Source: a virus (lineage: Duplodnaviria > Caudoviricetes). From it: a stretch of 64,000 nucleotides of DNA. A program made the translations under genes and the position numbers. Below, piece by piece: positions 55,959 through 64,000 of the stretch (its first letter is position 1; each line of letters begins with the position of its first letter). The stretch spans positions 16,894-80,893 of IMG/VR virus record IMGVR_UViG_3300020438_000019; one strand, written 5' to 3'. Below the pieces are notes generated by a model that saw nothing but the letters and a program-made list of their open reading frames with translations, did not search any database and was not told the DNA's origin.

Positions 55959-56583
55959 TTTTCAACCATTCTTTTGTTCTGGTTATGTGCAGACACATAT
56001 GTCTCCTGAACACAGAAAAGAATTAGATGATATTATTATCAATTCTGATAGAAGCATACAGGCTGCTACTGCTGGTGTACAGGATGATTGTTTTAATATA
56101 CCAGAAGCTTCCAGTTTACTGAGACCATATGTTGTAGGTCTTGCTAATGCTTATCGTGTTCAGTATAAGGACTATACTGATGAGTATGAGACAGAGATGG
56201 CTAAGGTAATGCATCCACATATAGGTTTTGAGAATCTAAAGATGGATGACCCTTGGGTTAACATCACTTCAAAGAACCTATATAACCCACCACACAATCA
56301 CTATGGGATCTATAGCTATATTATTTTTCATAAGATACCATTCACCTTAGAAGAAGAAAGAAGTCTTCCTTTTCATAGAAATACTTCTAAACAATCTTTT
56401 CCAGGATGTCCATACTTTATACACCCTACTCATTATGGTGGTGTGTATGTACAGAACGTGGCTGTTGACAAGGGAGCAGAAGGTGCTATCATACTATTCC
56501 CTTCTAGGATCCATCATGGGGTCAATCCATTTCATAGTACAGATGAGAACAGGATCACCATTGCTGGTAATGTGACGGTCTAG
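55948..56583 (+). CDS. 2OG-Fe(II) oxygenase family protein
   Basis: WVN...NPPHNH...ILFPSRIHHGVNPF...RITIAGN. Confidence 0.8.
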   Translation: MNINFQPFFCSGYVQTHMSPEHRKELDDIIINSDRSIQAATAGVQDDCFNIPEASSLLRPYVVGLANAYRVQYKDYTDEYETEMAKVMHPHIGFENLKMDDPWVNITSKNLYNPPHNHYGIYSYIIFHKIPFTLEEERSLPFHRNTSKQSFPGCPYFIHPTHYGGVYVQNVAVDKGAEGAIILFPSRIHHGVNPFHSTDENRITIAGNVTV

Positions 56584-56629
56584 AAAGTGGACACTATTGG
56601 TTGAAGTGTCCCTAAGATCATGTATTATA
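56571..56629 (+). promoter_or_regulatory. putative early-gene regulatory motif plus -10 element
   Basis: GTGACGGT-CTAGA-AAGTGGACAC imperfect dyad followed by TGTATTATAG. Confidence 0.45.
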
Positions 56630-56650
56630 GGTACATAAGACACGAACAGC

Positions 56651-58876
56651 ATGACTCTACAGCACGAAATCAAAGGAAACCTTGCTAGACTGCTTGCTAC
56701 TGAGAACCTTATAGTAGAGCACAACAGCACTTGTACAACAGCATCATTTGATGTACAGAGAAGAGTACTTGAACTACCACAGTGGGACTTCGCTACAAAC
56801 ACTGTGTATGATCTTCTAGTAGGTCACGAGGTAGGACATGCATTATATACACCCAACTATGATTGGACACAGGATGCAGACTGCCCTAAAGATTATATCA
56901 ATGTGATTGAGGATGTACGCATCGAGAAATTGATGAAGCGTAAGTATCCTGGTCTCACTAAGACTTTTGCTAGAGGTTATGCAGAGCTTGATGATAGAGA
57001 TTTCTTTGAGATTGGTGGTGAGAATTTAAAGACCTTCATCTTAATTGATCGCATCAATCTTAATGCTAAGGTTGGTGCTACTGCTATGATTCCATTTACA
57101 GCAGAAGAAATGGTCTTTGTTCTTAAAGCAGAATCTGCAGAAACATTTGAAGAAGTTATTGAGATTGCAAAGGAAGTATATGCTTATCAGAAGCAGATGG
57201 AAGAGAATGCTGCAAAAGAATCTCTACCTAACAATTCATCTAAAGAAGGAACTGGTGAGTTAGAGAATCAGCAGTCAGAAGCAACACCCGAAACTGAAGA
57301 GACTGATCAAACTTCTTCTGATGGAAGTGGTGATGATGAAGAGGAAGGTGAAGGTGATGATGATTCTACAGAAGGATCTAATAGAGGTGGTGATCACAAC
57401 TCAGAGCAATCACGTACACAGAAAGCATTTGATGAGCAAACCAAAAAATTAAATGCAAACAAATATAACAGTCGTACAATATCTTATGTTGAGTTACCTA
57501 AAAACCTTAACATAGACAATATTGTTGTTGACTGGACTGAAGTACATGACTGGATTGATTCTACTAGAAAAGAGTTCGTAGCAAGTTCTGATCATCTTAA
57601 AGAATTTGTATCTAAGAATGTACCAGAACATAAAGGTAGTGTAGAATCTTTTGTCTACAGCTCACCTGATCAAGAGTATCGTAAGTTTCGTAAACAATCA
57701 CAAAAAGAGGTTAACTATCTTGTTAAAGAATTTGAATGCAGAAAGTCTGCCAGTGCTTATGCTCGTGCTGCTACTTCTAGGACTGGAGTACTGGACACAG
57801 CAAGGTTACACACTTACAAGTATAACGAAGACCTTTTCAAGAAGATAACAGTCTTACCTGATGGTAAGAATCATGGTCTCTTATTTGTTTTAGATTGGAG
57901 TGGATCTATGGCTCCTACACTCTATTCAACTGTTAAGCAGTTATTAAATCTTACTGCTTTCTGTAAGAAAGTTCAGATTCCATTTGAAGTTTATGCTTTC
58001 ACAAATGAGTGGAGAATAGTTAATAGAATTAAAAACAATCCTAATACTCAACCTGGTAATTACAGATGGGAGAGAGACAATGAGGAGGTTGCACCTGTAA
58101 TAGGAGAAATCTATGTTGATAGTAATAACTTCAACATGGTCAATCTTATCTCATCACGTAGTAATGCACGTAACTATGAGAGACAGTGCATCAATCTTTG
58201 GAGAGAAGCTTGGCTCTATAGAGGTCATAGAAATAGTTTCTACTCACCAACAATGGGATTAGAACTATCTGGTACTCCATTGAATGAAGCAATTGTTTCA
58301 CTCAATAGCATCATACCAACATTCAAGCAAGAGAATGATCTAGAGAAAGTTAATGTATGCGTTCTTACTGATGGTGAGAGTAGCATGATAACTTATGGTA
58401 GAAAAACTTATAGTTACGATGGAGAAGATGAAAGAGTATCTTGCTCTAGAATGGGTGAGGTTAATGCTTTACGTGATCGCAAGACTGGTAGAGTCTATCC
58501 TCAATTCCGTGACTCTTATTCAGAAGTAACAACGACTTTGATAACTCAAGTTAAAGATCGTAATCCTGGTGTTAACATAGTAGGGTTTAGAATCCTTCCT
58601 GGTGGACACTTACAAAGTTTTGTACATCGTTACAGTACTACAAACTACTATGATATACAAAAGCAATGGAGAAAGGATAAGGCAGTTGTTATTCCTAATC
58701 CTATGGGATTCACTGAACTCTATGCCCTTCAAGATAAAGCTTTAGAAAATGAAGTTGAATTTGAAGTTAAGGAGAATGCTAAGAAAGCAGATATCTCTAG
58801 AGCATTCAAGAAGATGTTAGGTAGTAAGACCAACAACAAGAAGATCCTAAGTTCATTCATAGGGATGGTCAGTTAA
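56651..58876 (+). CDS. CobT-like metallopeptidase / VWA domain protein (741 aa)
   Basis: HEVGH zincin motif, acidic linker, LDWSGSM MIDAS, LTDGE. Confidence 0.85.
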   Translation: MTLQHEIKGNLARLLATENLIVEHNSTCTTASFDVQRRVLELPQWDFATNTVYDLLVGHEVGHALYTPNYDWTQDADCPKDYINVIEDVRIEKLMKRKYPGLTKTFARGYAELDDRDFFEIGGENLKTFILIDRINLNAKVGATAMIPFTAEEMVFVLKAESAETFEEVIEIAKEVYAYQKQMEENAAKESLPNNSSKEGTGELENQQSEATPETEETDQTSSDGSGDDEEEGEGDDDSTEGSNRGGDHNSEQSRTQKAFDEQTKKLNANKYNSRTISYVELPKNLNIDNIVVDWTEVHDWIDSTRKEFVASSDHLKEFVSKNVPEHKGSVESFVYSSPDQEYRKFRKQSQKEVNYLVKEFECRKSASAYARAATSRTGVLDTARLHTYKYNEDLFKKITVLPDGKNHGLLFVLDWSGSMAPTLYSTVKQLLNLTAFCKKVQIPFEVYAFTNEWRIVNRIKNNPNTQPGNYRWERDNEEVAPVIGEIYVDSNNFNMVNLISSRSNARNYERQCINLWREAWLYRGHRNSFYSPTMGLELSGTPLNEAIVSLNSIIPTFKQENDLEKVNVCVLTDGESSMITYGRKTYSYDGEDERVSCSRMGEVNALRDRKTGRVYPQFRDSYSEVTTTLITQVKDRNPGVNIVGFRILPGGHLQSFVHRYSTTNYYDIQKQWRKDKAVVIPNPMGFTELYALQDKALENEVEFEVKENAKKADISRAFKKMLGSKTNNKKILSSFIGMVS

Positions 58877-58922
58877 CAAACTGTCCTCCCTTCCCCCACA
58901 AATCCAAACAATCCATTATACT
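58866..58922 (+). promoter_or_regulatory. putative early-gene regulatory motif plus -10 element
   Basis: GGTCAGTT-AACA-AACTGTCC dyad followed by TATACT. Confidence 0.45.
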
Positions 58923-58947
58923 TATAACATACAGAACAAAATCCAAA

Positions 58948-60039
58948 ATGCCTTTCGCACCTTCACCAGTAACCACAGAAGACATCAAGGGTTACTTACA
59001 AGAAAAATTCGGAACAGAGATCAATGCATCTCAGTTACGTCAAGCTGCTGCTCACTTTGATCTAGGTTATCAAACTGTTAGCAAGCGTCTTAAAAATTTT
59101 AAAACTGGTCTCGGTAAGTGGAACCTTACTGTTGCTGAGAAGTTGGAGAGAGTCTATGAGGGACTACCAGCAACACCAGCAGTAGAGCAGAATCTAGTTC
59201 CACAAAAAGATCCAAACTATGTACCTTTTGGTAACTACTCTGATGTAAAGAGAATCATCAGTTCCAAGATGTTCTATCCTACTTTCATTACTGGACTCTC
59301 TGGTAATGGTAAGACACTTAGTGTAGAGCAAGCATGTTCTCAGTTGGGTAGAGAGTTGGTTAGAGTAAATATTACAATAGAAACAGATGAAGATGATCTC
59401 ATTGGTGGGTTCCGTCTTGTTGACGGTGCAACCGTCTGGCACGATGGTCCAGTTATTCAAGCTCTCAACAGAGGAGCTATCTTGCTCCTTGACGAAATCG
59501 ACCTTGCCTCAAACAAAATCCTCTGCCTTCAATCAATCCTTGAAGGAAAAGGTGTTTTCCTTAAAAAGGTGGGAAGATTCGTTCAACCAAAATCAGGATT
59601 CAACATCATCGCAACAGCAAACACAAAAGGTAAGGGTTCAGATGATGGACGTTTTATTGGAACTAACGTGCTCAACGAAGCCTTCCTTGAGCGATTCGCC
59701 TTAACCTTTGAGCAAGAGTATCCTACTCCTAAGACTGAGCAAAAGATCCTTGAGAAAGTATCTGCTAACTTAGGTGTACTTGATGAAGAGTTCTGCGAGA
59801 ATCTTGCTAACTGGTCTGATATCATCCGTAGAACATTCCGTGATGGTGGTATCGATGAGGTTATTTCAACACGTAGATTGGTACACATCATTCGTGCCTT
59901 TGCAATCTGGAACAATCGTGTTAAAGCGATCCAGGTATGTGTAAATAGATTTGATGAAGAGACTAAGCAGTCCTTCGTTGATCTATACGATAAGATTGAT
60001 GCTAAAGTAGATCTAGAGGAGGAAACCGATGGCGAGTAA
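58948..60039 (+). CDS. cobS: CobS-like MoxR-family AAA+ ATPase
   Basis: GLSGNGKT, LLLDEID, TANTKG, NEAFLERF, ISTRRL. Confidence 0.92.
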   Translation: MPFAPSPVTTEDIKGYLQEKFGTEINASQLRQAAAHFDLGYQTVSKRLKNFKTGLGKWNLTVAEKLERVYEGLPATPAVEQNLVPQKDPNYVPFGNYSDVKRIISSKMFYPTFITGLSGNGKTLSVEQACSQLGRELVRVNITIETDEDDLIGGFRLVDGATVWHDGPVIQALNRGAILLLDEIDLASNKILCLQSILEGKGVFLKKVGRFVQPKSGFNIIATANTKGKGSDDGRFIGTNVLNEAFLERFALTFEQEYPTPKTEQKILEKVSANLGVLDEEFCENLANWSDIIRRTFRDGGIDEVISTRRLVHIIRAFAIWNNRVKAIQVCVNRFDEETKQSFVDLYDKIDAKVDLEEETDGE

Positions 60040-60208
60040 AAACGGATACCTAGGACATTGGGCTACCTTAAATGATGGTAGGTCTGGAATGATTTTGGAA
60101 GGGGTGGGAACTCCTTCCAGTCCTTTACATAAAATTAAGCTAAAAAGTCTTGACGGAATCGAATTTGAATGTTATCATGATAAGATACAATACGTATGGA
60201 ATCGTTGA
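60029..60208 (+). CDS. small hypothetical protein (59 aa)
   Basis: Hand-translated MASKNGYLGHWATLNDGRSG...; GAGGAGG RBS. Confidence 0.6.
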   Translation: MASKNGYLGHWATLNDGRSGMILEGVGTPSSPLHKIKLKSLDGIEFECYHDKIQYVWNR

Positions 60209-60513
60209 AATACAATGAAAAGGAGATCTTGCAAGAGGTCTCAGATTATATAACCCAGACATACAGGGGTCACTACTCAGCAGGTAATGTTCAAACACTT
60301 GACCTGATTGACTCAGTAGGTGACGCAGAAGCATTCTGTAGGTCTAACATATTGAAATATGCTTCACGGTATGATAGGAAGGGTACAGCACGTAAGGACA
60401 TCATTAAGATTATCCACTATGCTGTATTACTTTGTCACTTCAATGATAAACGTGCAGCATCAGATGCTGCCCAGACAGGGACTACCGCTTTTTCCGTAGA
60501 TTATGACAAGTAA
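60196..60513 (+). CDS. DUF3310-like conserved phage protein
   Basis: HYS...QTLDLI...FCRSNILKYASRY.RKG...DIIKIIHY. Confidence 0.75.
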   Translation: MESLKYNEKEILQEVSDYITQTYRGHYSAGNVQTLDLIDSVGDAEAFCRSNILKYASRYDRKGTARKDIIKIIHYAVLLCHFNDKRAASDAAQTGTTAFSVDYDK

Positions 60514-61198
60514 AGTACATTTATCAGAGCTTACGTTCTCAGTCCTTGAGAACTTCTCAACAATTAATTCCTCTATAGTATTCAAGAAGGGGAACATCAT
60601 CAAGACTATCTCTAATGCAGAGAACATCTTAGCAGAGTATGAGTGTGAGGAATACTTCCCACAAGACTTTGCAATCTATGACTTAAGTCAGTTTCTATCT
60701 GGTTTAAGAATCTTAGATGATCCAACTCTAGAGTTTGGTAATGATGACTATGTTGTTCTTCGTGGTAATAACATAGCAATCAAATACTATTACAGTGATC
60801 CAGAGATTACCCTTAAGGTTGCTCCTGATAAGTCTGTTAGATTTCCTGGTTCAAACATTGGGTTTGACTTAGATAAGTCTTTGCTTAATAAGGGATTGAA
60901 TATCTCAGGTAAGTTTGGTTTCAGGGATCTATCATTCTGTAGTGATGGTACTGCTGCTTTCATTAACTTCTCTGATAAGGATATGGACACCAGTAACTCA
61001 TGTAGATTTGATCTACCTAATGCTACCACTACAGGTGAGTATGATCTCAACATGAAGGTTGATAACTTACGTGTATATAATAAGGCATCCTATAGGGTAG
61101 CTGTATCAGAACAACTATTATCCGAATGGGTTGTTAGTGATTGGGAGGGATCTCAGGATGTTAACTTAAAGTATTACGTTGCTTTAGAACCACAATGA
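60503..61198 (+). CDS. gp45: sliding clamp gp45
   Basis: LENFSTINSSI...FAIYDLSQFL...YYVALEP. Confidence 0.95.
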   Translation: MTSKVHLSELTFSVLENFSTINSSIVFKKGNIIKTISNAENILAEYECEEYFPQDFAIYDLSQFLSGLRILDDPTLEFGNDDYVVLRGNNIAIKYYYSDPEITLKVAPDKSVRFPGSNIGFDLDKSLLNKGLNISGKFGFRDLSFCSDGTAAFINFSDKDMDTSNSCRFDLPNATTTGEYDLNMKVDNLRVYNKASYRVAVSEQLLSEWVVSDWEGSQDVNLKYYVALEPQ

Positions 61199-61386
61199 GT
61201 GAAAAGAAGTTAATCATTAACATATCATTTACTAAACAAGAAGCAGATCTTCTTAAGATATTGGATGAGCTTGTTAAGTATGATCTTGCTAGTAATAGAT
61301 CCGCCTGGTTTAAAGACCAGATTCGTAATCGATACCACGAGATGAGATCGAGTGGTGTTATTCAAATGGAACCTGATGAAAACTGA
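61195..61386 (+). CDS. small protein, ribbon-helix-helix-like
   Basis: IINISFT strand followed by LLKILDELV and NRSAWFKDQI helices. Confidence 0.5.
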   Translation: MSEKKLIINISFTKQEADLLKILDELVKYDLASNRSAWFKDQIRNRYHEMRSSGVIQMEPDEN

Positions 61387-62320
61387 ATTCCTTTGGGTTG
61401 AGAAATACCGACCCAAGACTATTGATGATTGTATCCTACCAGATGGTTTAAAGAAATCTTTTCTTGGGTTTCTAGATCAAGGTGAGATTCCTAACCTTTT
61501 ATTATCTGGTAGTGCTGGTATAGGTAAGACCACAGTAGCTCGAGCTTTGTGTGATCAGTTAGGTGCTTCTTACATTATTATTAATGGATCAGACGAGGGT
61601 AGATCAATTGATACTATCCGAACTAGAGTAAAGCAATTTGCTACTACAGTCTCTTTGACCTCTACAAAGACTCACAAGGTGGTCATACTGGATGAGGCAG
61701 ACAATATGACTCAAGATGTTCAGATGATCCTTAGAGCAGCAATAGAGGAGTATCATAAGAACTGTAGGTTTATCTTTACTTGTAACTTTGTTAATCGTTT
61801 GATAGATCCTATCAAATCTAGATGCACTGTTATTGATTTCAAGATTAGTAATGCTGAGAAGACAGAACTAAGCTCTCAGTTCTTTGAGAGACTTAGAGAG
61901 ATACTTAAAGGTGAGTCTGTAGAGTCTAGTGATAAGGTTACTGCTAAACTGATTAAGAGATATTATCCTGACTGGAGAAGGTTACTTAATGAGACACAGA
62001 GACATGCAGCTAAGGGTAAGATAGAGGCAGATATCCTAACAGATATAGCAGACATCAATGCTTATGATCTCATTAAAGCAATGAAGGATCGTAATTATAA
62101 GTTGGTCAAGGAGTGGGTAACTCAACACATGGATCATGATCCCCATCACATTATGAGAAGGATCTATGATACAATGTATGAACATGCTACTGGTCGTTCT
62201 GTACCAAACATTGTTATTATTATAGCAAAGTATCAGTATCAGATAAACTTTGTTGCTGACCAAGAGATTAATACTCTAGCATGTTTAACTGAGATTATGT
62301 TGGGAGTGGAGTGGAAATGA
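61376..62320 (+). CDS. gp44: clamp loader large subunit gp44
   Basis: LWVEKYRP, GSAGIGKTT, LDEAD, SRC. Confidence 0.97.
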   Translation: MKTEFLWVEKYRPKTIDDCILPDGLKKSFLGFLDQGEIPNLLLSGSAGIGKTTVARALCDQLGASYIIINGSDEGRSIDTIRTRVKQFATTVSLTSTKTHKVVILDEADNMTQDVQMILRAAIEEYHKNCRFIFTCNFVNRLIDPIKSRCTVIDFKISNAEKTELSSQFFERLREILKGESVESSDKVTAKLIKRYYPDWRRLLNETQRHAAKGKIEADILTDIADINAYDLIKAMKDRNYKLVKEWVTQHMDHDPHHIMRRIYDTMYEHATGRSVPNIVIIIAKYQYQINFVADQEINTLACLTEIMLGVEWK

Positions 62321-63162
62321 TTACAAGTAAATCTTTAAAGACACCGTTAAGATATCCAGGTGGTAAGTCTAGAGCAATATCTAAACTGTTCCAGTTCTTC
62401 CCTGATCTTAAAGACTATAAAGAATATCGTGAACCATTTATAGGTGGTGGTTCTGTAGCATTAGAAGTTACAAAAAGATATCCTCACATTAAAGTGTGGG
62501 TTAATGATCTATACGAACCATTGTATAATTTCTGGTCTGAGTTACAACATAATGGACATCAACTTCAAGGAGAGCTTGATAGTCTAAAAGGTGTTCATTG
62601 CAATCAAGACTCAGCAAGATGTTTATTTCAAGAAATGAAGGAGTTTATTAATGATCCAGAAAAATCGAACTTTGATCGTGCCATCGCTTTTTATATCGTT
62701 AACAAGTGTTCCTTTAGTGGTCTTACTGAGTCTTCTTCCTTCAGCCCACAAGCGTCAGATTCAAACTTCTCCATTAGAGGTATCAGAAGACTCCACGAGT
62801 ACTCAGAACTCATCCAAGACTGGATTATAACCAGTCATTCTTATGAGAGCTTGTTGGTAAAGGATTGGGATAAGAAGGGTCACTTTATATACATGGATCC
62901 ACCATATGATATCAAAGATAATCTCTATGGTAAGAAGGGTGGAATGCACAAGTCATTTGATCATGACCAGTTTGCAAAGAACTGTGATGAGTATACTTCC
63001 AACATGTTAATATCTTATAACTCTGACCAGATTGTTAAGGATCGTTTCAAAGAGTGGACAGTTGGAGAATTTGCACATACTTACACCATGAGGTCTGTGG
63101 GATGCTATAATACAGATCAAGCATCAAGGAAGGAACTAGTCCTTACAAATTATGAAGTGTGA
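62317..63162 (+). CDS. dam: DNA adenine methyltransferase (Dam/D12 class)
   Basis: LRYPGGKS, EPFIGGGSV, DPPY. Confidence 0.93.
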   Translation: MITSKSLKTPLRYPGGKSRAISKLFQFFPDLKDYKEYREPFIGGGSVALEVTKRYPHIKVWVNDLYEPLYNFWSELQHNGHQLQGELDSLKGVHCNQDSARCLFQEMKEFINDPEKSNFDRAIAFYIVNKCSFSGLTESSSFSPQASDSNFSIRGIRRLHEYSELIQDWIITSHSYESLLVKDWDKKGHFIYMDPPYDIKDNLYGKKGGMHKSFDHDQFAKNCDEYTSNMLISYNSDQIVKDRFKEWTVGEFAHTYTMRSVGCYNTDQASRKELVLTNYEV

Positions 63163-63295
63163 AGTCAAACTCTATGTCGCTGGAACAGTCTTTAGTGAGA
63201 CTGTGATCGCTAGAAACTATGAGGAAGCTAGGCAAGTAGCATTGGCTAGAAATCCTAATGCAAAAGTTATGTCTGTTAACGCAGTTTTCAACTAA
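63152..63295 (+). CDS. small cyanophage hypothetical protein (47 aa)
   Basis: Hand-translated MKCEVKLYVAGTVFSETVIARNYEEARQVALARNPNAKV. Confidence 0.7.
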   Translation: MKCEVKLYVAGTVFSETVIARNYEEARQVALARNPNAKVMSVNAVFN

Positions 63296-63459
63296 TGTCT
63301 GAAGTTATTATTACTGAAGAGAAAGAACCTCTATCTGTTGTTGTCCCTATAGATGACATGCGAGAGATCATCCAGCAATTATGGAAGTCTCGTGACACTG
63401 AACCTAAGTGCGGCAAATTATACCATAAGTATAAGGAGTTAATCACATGGGAAAAATAG
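63295..63459 (+). CDS. small hypothetical protein (54 aa)
   Basis: Hand-translated; TAATG coupling. Confidence 0.55.
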   Translation: MSEVIITEEKEPLSVVVPIDDMREIIQQLWKSRDTEPKCGKLYHKYKELITWEK

Positions 63460-63677
63460 ACACTCAGGGTATGAGTGGCGAGACAGTTGAAGGATGTAAG
63501 GATAATGTTTATCCTCATGATGAGAATGGTGAACCAATCTATCCATCCTATACCCCAACACCATTGCCTTTGATTGAACCAAAGCTCAGAGAGGAACTCA
63601 AAGATTTAATCAATGAGGTTCTTGATGAGAGAGAACATCAAAGAAAACTTAATGGTCCTTATGATGTCTATGATTGA
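63447..63677 (+). CDS. hypothetical protein (76 aa)
   Basis: AAGGAG RBS; MGKIDTQGMS start. Confidence 0.65.
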   Translation: MGKIDTQGMSGETVEGCKDNVYPHDENGEPIYPSYTPTPLPLIEPKLREELKDLINEVLDEREHQRKLNGPYDVYD

Positions 63678-63948
63678 GAAAGGAGATAAGATAGTTAAGA
63701 TGGTTCTGTTAAGTCCACACGAGGCAGACCACTTATTCAAAAAGGAAGATGGTACATTCTATTGGTGTCATCATAGAAAGAGTGGAGACACTTATTCTAT
63801 ACCTGAGATACAATTAGAAATGTTCCCACCTGAACCACCTAAGAAAAATGAAGTAGGTACAGATGCACCACATCATAATATCTTAGAGAAATACTATGGT
63901 AAAGATTGGAAACCCATACCACAAGAAGGATTGGAGGATCATTACTAA
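63670..63948 (+). CDS. hypothetical protein (~92 aa)
   Basis: ORF track; coupled to purN by TAATG. Confidence 0.6.
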   Translation: MIEKGDKIVKMVLLSPHEADHLFKKEDGTFYWCHHRKSGDTYSIPEIQLEMFPPEPPKKNEVGTDAPHHNILEKYYGKDWKPIPQEGLEDHY

Positions 63949-64000
63949 TGAGATTAGGAATTATGTGTTCTGGAAACGGAACCAACTTCGAGAACTTAGT
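63948..64000 (+). CDS. purN: phosphoribosylglycinamide formyltransferase PurN, 5' end only
   Basis: MRLGIMCSGNGTNFENL matches the GAR transformylase SGxGSN loop; only 17 codons visible. Confidence 0.75.
   Translation, partial: MRLGIMCSGNGTNFENL

Noticed and set aside
38169-62320. Introns or inteins in core genes (gp17, gp20, gp23, uvsW, gp46, gp44)
   Set aside because: All are continuous ORFs of ordinary length with no intein termini or homing-endonuclease insertions evident.
2109-63518. Numerous 60-114-aa minus-strand ORFs opposite core genes
   Set aside because: Antisense shadows with no RBS, promoter or recognisable motifs; only 28684-30924 is credible on the minus strand.
1-64000. tRNA or rRNA genes
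   Set aside because: Intergenic gaps are short and AT-rich; no cloverleaf or T-loop signature seen by eye (a tRNA scan would confirm).

Overview
This 64-kb window comes from a T4-like marine cyanomyovirus (Kyanoviridae-type; Prochlorococcus/Synechococcus-phage gene content). In order it holds: the end of baseplate wedge gp8; a 2737-aa VrlC-like structural protein; a tail/fibre region (341-aa putative high-copy subunit, 3455-aa repeat protein, stand-alone Mtd_N-like ORF, 2039-aa fibre-like protein); a divergently transcribed island of 2OG-Fe(II) oxygenase-like genes; gp13-gp16; a host-like island (DUF2997, Ycf35, SNase-like nuclease, NifU); gp17-gp23; gp3, uvsY, uvsW, gp55, gp47, gp46; a CobT-like/CobS pair; gp45, gp44, dam; and the start of purN. 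The strongest unexplained signal is inside the 3455-aa repeat gene. Its last 3 kb has no stop codon in the +1 frame, and an internal ~1.08-kb stretch (20100-21176) has no TAA/TAG/TGA in any forward frame. Synonymous codons visibly switch to avoid off-frame stops there, which suggests selected dual/triple coding or frameshift-related function. All family assignments are from motif recognition and synteny, not database searches.
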